This document shows, one piece after another, positions 57,381 through 62,146 of a stretch of DNA of 62,146 nucleotides. Under the pieces are notes generated by a model that made no database searches, was not told the DNA's origin, and was given only the letters and a program-made list of their open reading frames with translations. The translations under genes and the position numbers were made by a program. How positions within the stretch are numbered: the stretch's first letter is position 1; every line of letters begins with the position of its first letter. The stretch is from positions 1 through 62,146 of the IMG/VR virus record IMGVR_UViG_3300033183_000484; one strand, given 5' to 3'. Source of the DNA: a virus (Duplodnaviria > Caudoviricetes).

Positions 57381-57470
57381 CAGCGCGCAGGTCGTTTCGA
57401 CACCAACCTTTCCCAATCTTTCCCACCCGCTCTGATACCCTTGAATCTGCTGATATGAGAGTCTCCGCTT

Positions 57471-58883
57471 ATGCGGACACTCTTTCAAAAACTTCTGGGC
57501 CGGAGCGCAACCCGGTCCTTTGACGCGGCGGGCCAAGGGCGTCGCTGGGACCAGCCACGCACGCTTGACAGCCTGAACACGGCAATCCTTGCGGGGGCCA
57601 CGCCTGCCGCACGACGAGCGGGCTGGTATGCGCGCAACAACCCGTGGGTCGCTGCGGCGGTAGATAGCCTCGTCGGCAATGTCGTCGGCGCCGGGATTAA
57701 GCCCCAGTCTACCCACCCCGACCGCGCGGTGCGCGAACTACTGCAGGCGCTCTGGTTGCGCTGGACCGATCAGGCTACCCCGGATGGCCTTGCCGATTTC
57801 TACGGCCTGCAATCGATGGCGGTGCGGGCCATGGTGGAAAGCGGCGAAAGCTTCGCCCGCTTGCGTATCAACGACACCGCCGATGGCATCCCTCTTCACA
57901 TTGAACTTCTGGATCGCGAGCAGGTCCCCACGGATTTGCATCGTGATATCGGTGGCGGGGCGCGGATACGCGCTGGCATCGAGTTTGACTCTGCCGGGCG
58001 CCGGATCGCCTATCGGGTTTCAACCGCCCGTCCCGGCGATCCCCTCGGGTCTTTCCGCATGGACCCGATCCGCGTCCCCGCCGCCGATTGCCTTCACCTA
58101 TTCAAACCTCTGGCCGCAGGGCAGTTGCGCGGCATCACCTGGCTCGCACCGGTCCTGCTCCGCCTCCATGAACTCGACCAATTCGAGGATGCGACGCTGG
58201 TCAAAGCCAAGGTGGCGGCGCTGTTCACAGGCTTCATCACCGACCCTGATGGCACGGTAGGCGGCCTCTCCGGCGACAATCGCTCTGGCGTGCTGACCGT
58301 GGGCATGGAACCGGGCAGCCTCATCCCCCTGCCCCCTGGCGCAGACATCCGGTTCTCCAACCCGACCGAGCACGATGCTTATGCGCCCTTCGTGAAGAAC
58401 CACCTTCGCGCCGTCGCAGCAGGGCTTGGCCTGCCTTACGAACTGGTTTCCGGCGACCTCGAGGGGGTGACCTATTCCTCGATCCGCGCTGGGCTCGTGG
58501 AATTTCGCCGTAGGGTCGAACAATTGCAGCATAACGTCGTCGTGCATCTCTTTTGTCGCCCCGTCTGGGAACGCTTCGTGCGCCTCGCGGTCCTAACCGG
58601 TGATCTGCCTGCCCGCGATTTCGACGCCGATCCCGCAGCCTATCTGGGATGCAGCTGGCTGCCGCCGAAGTTCGATTACGTCGATCCGATGAAGGATGTG
58701 CAGGCCGAGATCCTCGCCATCGAAGCTGGCCTCAAATCCCGCAGCCAGGCGATTTCCGAGCGTGGCTACGATGCCGAACAGGTCGACGCCGAGATAGCGG
58801 CCGACAAAGAGCGCGCCGACGGGATGGGGCTCGGGTTCGATCAAAATGTTGCCACGCAGCAGAAGGACATTCCCAATGGCTGA
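57471..58883 (+). CDS. Portal protein (lambda family)
   Basis: ARNNPW, VG.GIKP, GQLRGI.W, GD...TYSSIRAG..EF, VDP.KD. Confidence 0.95.
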   Translation: MRTLFQKLLGRSATRSFDAAGQGRRWDQPRTLDSLNTAILAGATPAARRAGWYARNNPWVAAAVDSLVGNVVGAGIKPQSTHPDRAVRELLQALWLRWTDQATPDGLADFYGLQSMAVRAMVESGESFARLRINDTADGIPLHIELLDREQVPTDLHRDIGGGARIRAGIEFDSAGRRIAYRVSTARPGDPLGSFRMDPIRVPAADCLHLFKPLAAGQLRGITWLAPVLLRLHELDQFEDATLVKAKVAALFTGFITDPDGTVGGLSGDNRSGVLTVGMEPGSLIPLPPGADIRFSNPTEHDAYAPFVKNHLRAVAAGLGLPYELVSGDLEGVTYSSIRAGLVEFRRRVEQLQHNVVVHLFCRPVWERFVRLAVLTGDLPARDFDADPAAYLGCSWLPPKFDYVDPMKDVQAEILAIEAGLKSRSQAISERGYDAEQVDAEIAADKERADGMGLGFDQNVATQQKDIPNG

Positions 58884-60780
58884 TAGAGCAACCCAGCATA
58901 CGGGCCTCATGCCCCCACCCCAGGCACAGCAATCCGTTGTAAACGACAACGGTTTCCTGCTGACCCGCCGCGCCGACCTGGCCCCGGCCAGCGCCGACAT
59001 CGATGCCCGCACAGTCGAGGTGATTTGGTCCACCGGCGCGGCCGTCCGCCGCCGCGACATGGGCGGCCCCTATGTCGAGCGCCTGAGCCTCGATCCCGGT
59101 GCGGTGGACCTCTCCCGCCTCGAGGGGGCCAGCGTTCTCGATGCCCACCGCCAATCCGCAGTGCGCGATGTCCTCGGCACCGTGCGTAGCGCCACCGTTG
59201 ATGGCCAGCAGGGAACGGCCATCTTGCAGTTTTCTGCGCGGCCGGAGGTGGAGCCCATCTGGCAAGATGTCGTGGCAGGCATCCTGCGCCACGTCTCGGT
59301 TGGCTACTCGGTCGAGCGCTGGTCTGAGAGCACCGAGAACGGAGCGCGCGTGCTGACCGCCGTGCGCTGGACCCCTCACGAGATTTCCCTTGTTCCAACA
59401 CCTGCCGATCCCGGCGCCCATATTCGCATGGAGACAGATATGACTGACACCACGCACCTCGTTTCCAATGAGAACGAGGTTGACCCTAAGCGCACCGTTC
59501 CCAACGGAAACGATGCACAAACTCGCGCCGCCGCAAATGCCGAGATCCGCTCCATCGGCAAGATCGCTGGCCTCGATCAGACCTGGGTCGACACCCAGAT
59601 TGACGCAAACGCCGATCCCGACATGGCTCGCCGTGCCGCTTTCGAGGCGCTGGCACGCCGCAGTTCGCCCGCCATCCGCACCGAACAGGTCCGGGTCGAG
59701 ATGGGGGAGAGCCACGACGACCCAAGCCTGCGCGCGCGGCAGATGGGCGAAGCGCTCTACGCCCGGATCAATCCGCGCCACCAACTGAGCGAGCCCGCGC
59801 GCCGCTACGCCTATGCGACCCCCGTGGACATGGCCAAAGACCTGCTGAGCCTGCGCGGCGAAAGCACCATGGGCCTTTCCCCTGCCAGCCTCGTTACACG
59901 CGCCCTGCACACGACCTCGGACTTTCCGATCATCCTGGGCGATACGGTCGGCCGCGTGCTGCGAGACAGCTACCAGGCTGCACCCTCTGGCATTCGCCAA
60001 CTTGGCCGCCAAACCAGCGCACGAGATTTCCGCTCGGTTAACAAGATCATGCTGGGCGAAGCGCCGCTCCTTGAGAAGCTGAACGAACACGGTGAGATCA
60101 AGGCAGGCACCATGGCCGAAGCGCGCGAAGCCTATAAGGTCGAGACCTGGGCGCGGAAGATCGGCATCACCCGGCAGGTTCTGGTGAACGATGACCTTGG
60201 CGCCTTTTCGGACCTCGCCCGCCGGATGGGTCAAGCCGCCGCCGAGACCGAAGCCCGCATCCTTGTGAACCTGCTCGAGGCGAACTCTGGCAATGGGCCG
60301 AAGCTCTCGGACGGCAAGACGCTGTTTCACGCGGACCATGGCAACAAGGCGGGCACCGGAGCGGCGATTTCGGATGGCACGCTGTCGGCGGCACGGCTGG
60401 CGCTGCGCACCCAGAAGGGCATCGAAGACCGCACGATCCGTGTGACGCCGCGCTACCTGCTGGTGCCGCCAGCGCTTGAGACGGAAGCCGAGAAGTGGCT
60501 CGCCACCGTGTCCCCCGCGAAAGCGGCCGATGTGAACCCCTTTGCCGGGTCCCTCAGTCTCGTCGTGGAACCGCGCCTGACCTCGGCCGCGCGCTGGTAT
60601 GTCACCGCCGACCCCGGCGAGATCGATGGCCTGGAATTCGCCTATCTCTCCGGCAACGAGGGGCCGCAGGTCGAAAGCAAATCCGGCTGGGATGTCGATG
60701 GCGTCGAGATCAGGGTGATCCTGGATTTCGGGGCGGGGTTCCTCGACCACCGTGGCTGGTTCGTCAACGCGGGCGCATGA
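58876..60780 (+). CDS. Prohead protease / major capsid fusion protein
   Basis: LDAH, SVGY, EISLVP.PAD protease domain, linker, then TTSDFP..L, DDLGAF, YLLVPP, D.G...D.RG capsid domain. Confidence 0.93.
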   Translation: MADRATQHTGLMPPPQAQQSVVNDNGFLLTRRADLAPASADIDARTVEVIWSTGAAVRRRDMGGPYVERLSLDPGAVDLSRLEGASVLDAHRQSAVRDVLGTVRSATVDGQQGTAILQFSARPEVEPIWQDVVAGILRHVSVGYSVERWSESTENGARVLTAVRWTPHEISLVPTPADPGAHIRMETDMTDTTHLVSNENEVDPKRTVPNGNDAQTRAAANAEIRSIGKIAGLDQTWVDTQIDANADPDMARRAAFEALARRSSPAIRTEQVRVEMGESHDDPSLRARQMGEALYARINPRHQLSEPARRYAYATPVDMAKDLLSLRGESTMGLSPASLVTRALHTTSDFPIILGDTVGRVLRDSYQAAPSGIRQLGRQTSARDFRSVNKIMLGEAPLLEKLNEHGEIKAGTMAEAREAYKVETWARKIGITRQVLVNDDLGAFSDLARRMGQAAAETEARILVNLLEANSGNGPKLSDGKTLFHADHGNKAGTGAAISDGTLSAARLALRTQKGIEDRTIRVTPRYLLVPPALETEAEKWLATVSPAKAADVNPFAGSLSLVVEPRLTSAARWYVTADPGEIDGLEFAYLSGNEGPQVESKSGWDVDGVEIRVILDFGAGFLDHRGWFVNAGA

Positions 60781-60995
60781 GCATGACGGATCTCGGTCAA
60801 CTGACTGAGTGGCGGGATGCCCTTCTGGCAGCCCGCTACAAGGGCGTGCGCACGGTCGAATATGACGGCAAACGCATCAGCTACGCCACAGACGGGGAGA
60901 TGGCTGCCGCCCTTGCCGATCTTGAAAGGCGCATCACTGGCCTCGGCCCCAAGCGGGTCTCGGTCGTTCGCATTCAATCCAGCAAAGGGGTGTGA
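60777..60995 (+). CDS. Head completion protein (gpW-like)
   Basis: 72 aa, AR..GVRTVEYDGKRISY....EM..A; ATGA-coupled to the capsid gene. Confidence 0.75.
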   Translation: MSMTDLGQLTEWRDALLAARYKGVRTVEYDGKRISYATDGEMAAALADLERRITGLGPKRVSVVRIQSSKGV

Positions 60996-60998
60996 CCC

Positions 60999-61343
60999 AT
61001 GAAGACCTTTATCCAGAATGGTGACGTGATCACCGTCCCTGCCCCCACTGGCGGCATCACATCCGGCGATGGCATGCTGGTAGGCAACCTCTTTGGTGTG
61101 GCCGCCACCACCGCCGTAGAAGGCGAACCCGCCGAAGTGGCCACCACCGGCGTCTACTCGCTTCCAAAAGCCGCCAGCGCTGTCCTGACCCTTGGCGCAC
61201 GTGTCTCATGGGACAACACCGCGAAGGTGGTCACCACGCCGGGCACCGGCCGCTATCCTATCGGGATCGCCGTCGAGGATGCAGGCAATGGCGCGACAAC
61301 GGTTGCGGTGCGCCTCGACGGTATCGGGACTGTCGCCGCATGA
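60999..61343 (+). CDS. DUF2190-family capsid cement/decoration protein
   Basis: MKTFIQNGD.I...P..G..SG....VG..FGVA...TGVY.LPKA. Confidence 0.85.
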   Translation: MKTFIQNGDVITVPAPTGGITSGDGMLVGNLFGVAATTAVEGEPAEVATTGVYSLPKAASAVLTLGARVSWDNTAKVVTTPGTGRYPIGIAVEDAGNGATTVAVRLDGIGTVAA

Positions 61344-61681
61344 TGGAACGGGATGTTCACGCAACCCTAACCAGCCTGACCCTCTTGGTGGAGAGCACCA
61401 AGGGGGCGGACCCTCTCGCCCGCCTCCACAGCTATGCGGCGGTGATGGCACTTTGCGCCGACCTGCGCAAAGCAGCCACCGAATACAACGGCACCCGGAA
61501 CATCACGATGGTGATCGGCGAGGTGGAGAACCACATGGCGGCCCTTGCGGGGATATTCCCCACCTGGGATTTGCCGCCAGATCAGCACCGTGGGAGCGCA
61601 CGCGCGGCGATCATGAAGCTCGCCATGCCAACCTGCTTCGGCTTGCAGTCCACGAGCCCGGCCTTGCAGCGCAAATCGTAA
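61340..61681 (+). CDS. Hypothetical helical protein
   Basis: 113 aa, ATGA-coupled to the DUF2190 gene. Confidence 0.6.
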   Translation: MMERDVHATLTSLTLLVESTKGADPLARLHSYAAVMALCADLRKAATEYNGTRNITMVIGEVENHMAALAGIFPTWDLPPDQHRGSARAAIMKLAMPTCFGLQSTSPALQRKS

Positions 61682-61740
61682 GGTTGACGCCTCCAACGTT
61701 ACGAGCGGCGGTGATGTTGCAAAGCACAACATCTCTCAGC

Positions 61741-61763
61741 ACACCCTCTTCGGAGGGTGTTTT
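61741..61763 (+). terminator. Terminator of the head operon
   Basis: ACACCCTC-TTCG-GAGGGTGT followed by TTT. Confidence 0.65.
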
Positions 61764-61928
61764 CGCCTGCAACACCCACCATTTCAGCGGGCCTGAGGTA
61801 GAACGTTCAGCGAACATCCGCGCCTCGCCACGTCGCATTGGTGTCGCACGGAATAAGCGCGAGGAGTTGTAAGCCTTTGGAATCTTTCGGAAACGTGTCG
61901 CACAGGTTTGCAACACCGCAAGACAGGA

Positions 61929-61950
61929 CAAAGCCGCCCCGAAGGCGGCC
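61929..61950 (-). terminator. Element-supplied terminator downstream of the tRNA
   Basis: Minus strand GCCGCC-TTCGG-GGCGGC-TTTG. Confidence 0.6.
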
Positions 61951-61978
61951 TAAGTCTTTGTAATTGCGAAGTTAATTT

Positions 61979-62055
<77 letters not shown>

Positions 62056-62146
62056 CCGGTTGTGACGGTGTTTTGTCACTGGTGCGTTGATCCAGCTATT
62101 GCGTATTTGTTTTGCTTTGCTGGAAGATATCGAAAGAGAGAAAGTA

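Noticed and set aside
58732-60750. 672-aa minus-strand ORF (likewise 19136-20479, 21938-23002, 54789-55763)
   Set aside because: Antisense shadows of well-supported GC-rich genes, with no recognisable motifs.

Overview
Genomic-island DNA, probably alphaproteobacterial (Rhodobacteraceae-like), lying downstream of a minus-strand initiator tRNA-Met at 61979-62055. It has three blocks. (1) 331-13789: a non-contractile phage tail, lysis and tail-fibre module. It starts at the tail tube gene, back-to-back with a bactofilin-like gene, and has no adjacent head genes in this window. (2) ~13.8-44.9 kb: a defence cluster. It holds a type 1 BREX with a WYL regulator (brxC is interrupted by one in-frame TAG; brxL ends in a PLD/MIT_C-like domain rather than Lon), an unknown exported-protein operon, a divergent ExoI/SSB pair, and an AT-rich five-gene operon: Upf1-like helicase-Vsr, membrane coiled coil, membrane coiled-coil McrB (NxD), DUF2357 McrC and a divergent Hsp70. 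(3) 44990-62023: a ~17 kb element bounded by a 49-bp tRNA 3'-half duplication. It encodes an integrase, a primase-helicase, a mirror-symmetric iteron origin, a cos-like site, a lambda-type terminase/portal/protease-capsid and a Type III R-M cassette, but no tail or lysis genes, so it is a candidate capsid-forming satellite. All family calls come from reading motifs by eye, not from database searches.
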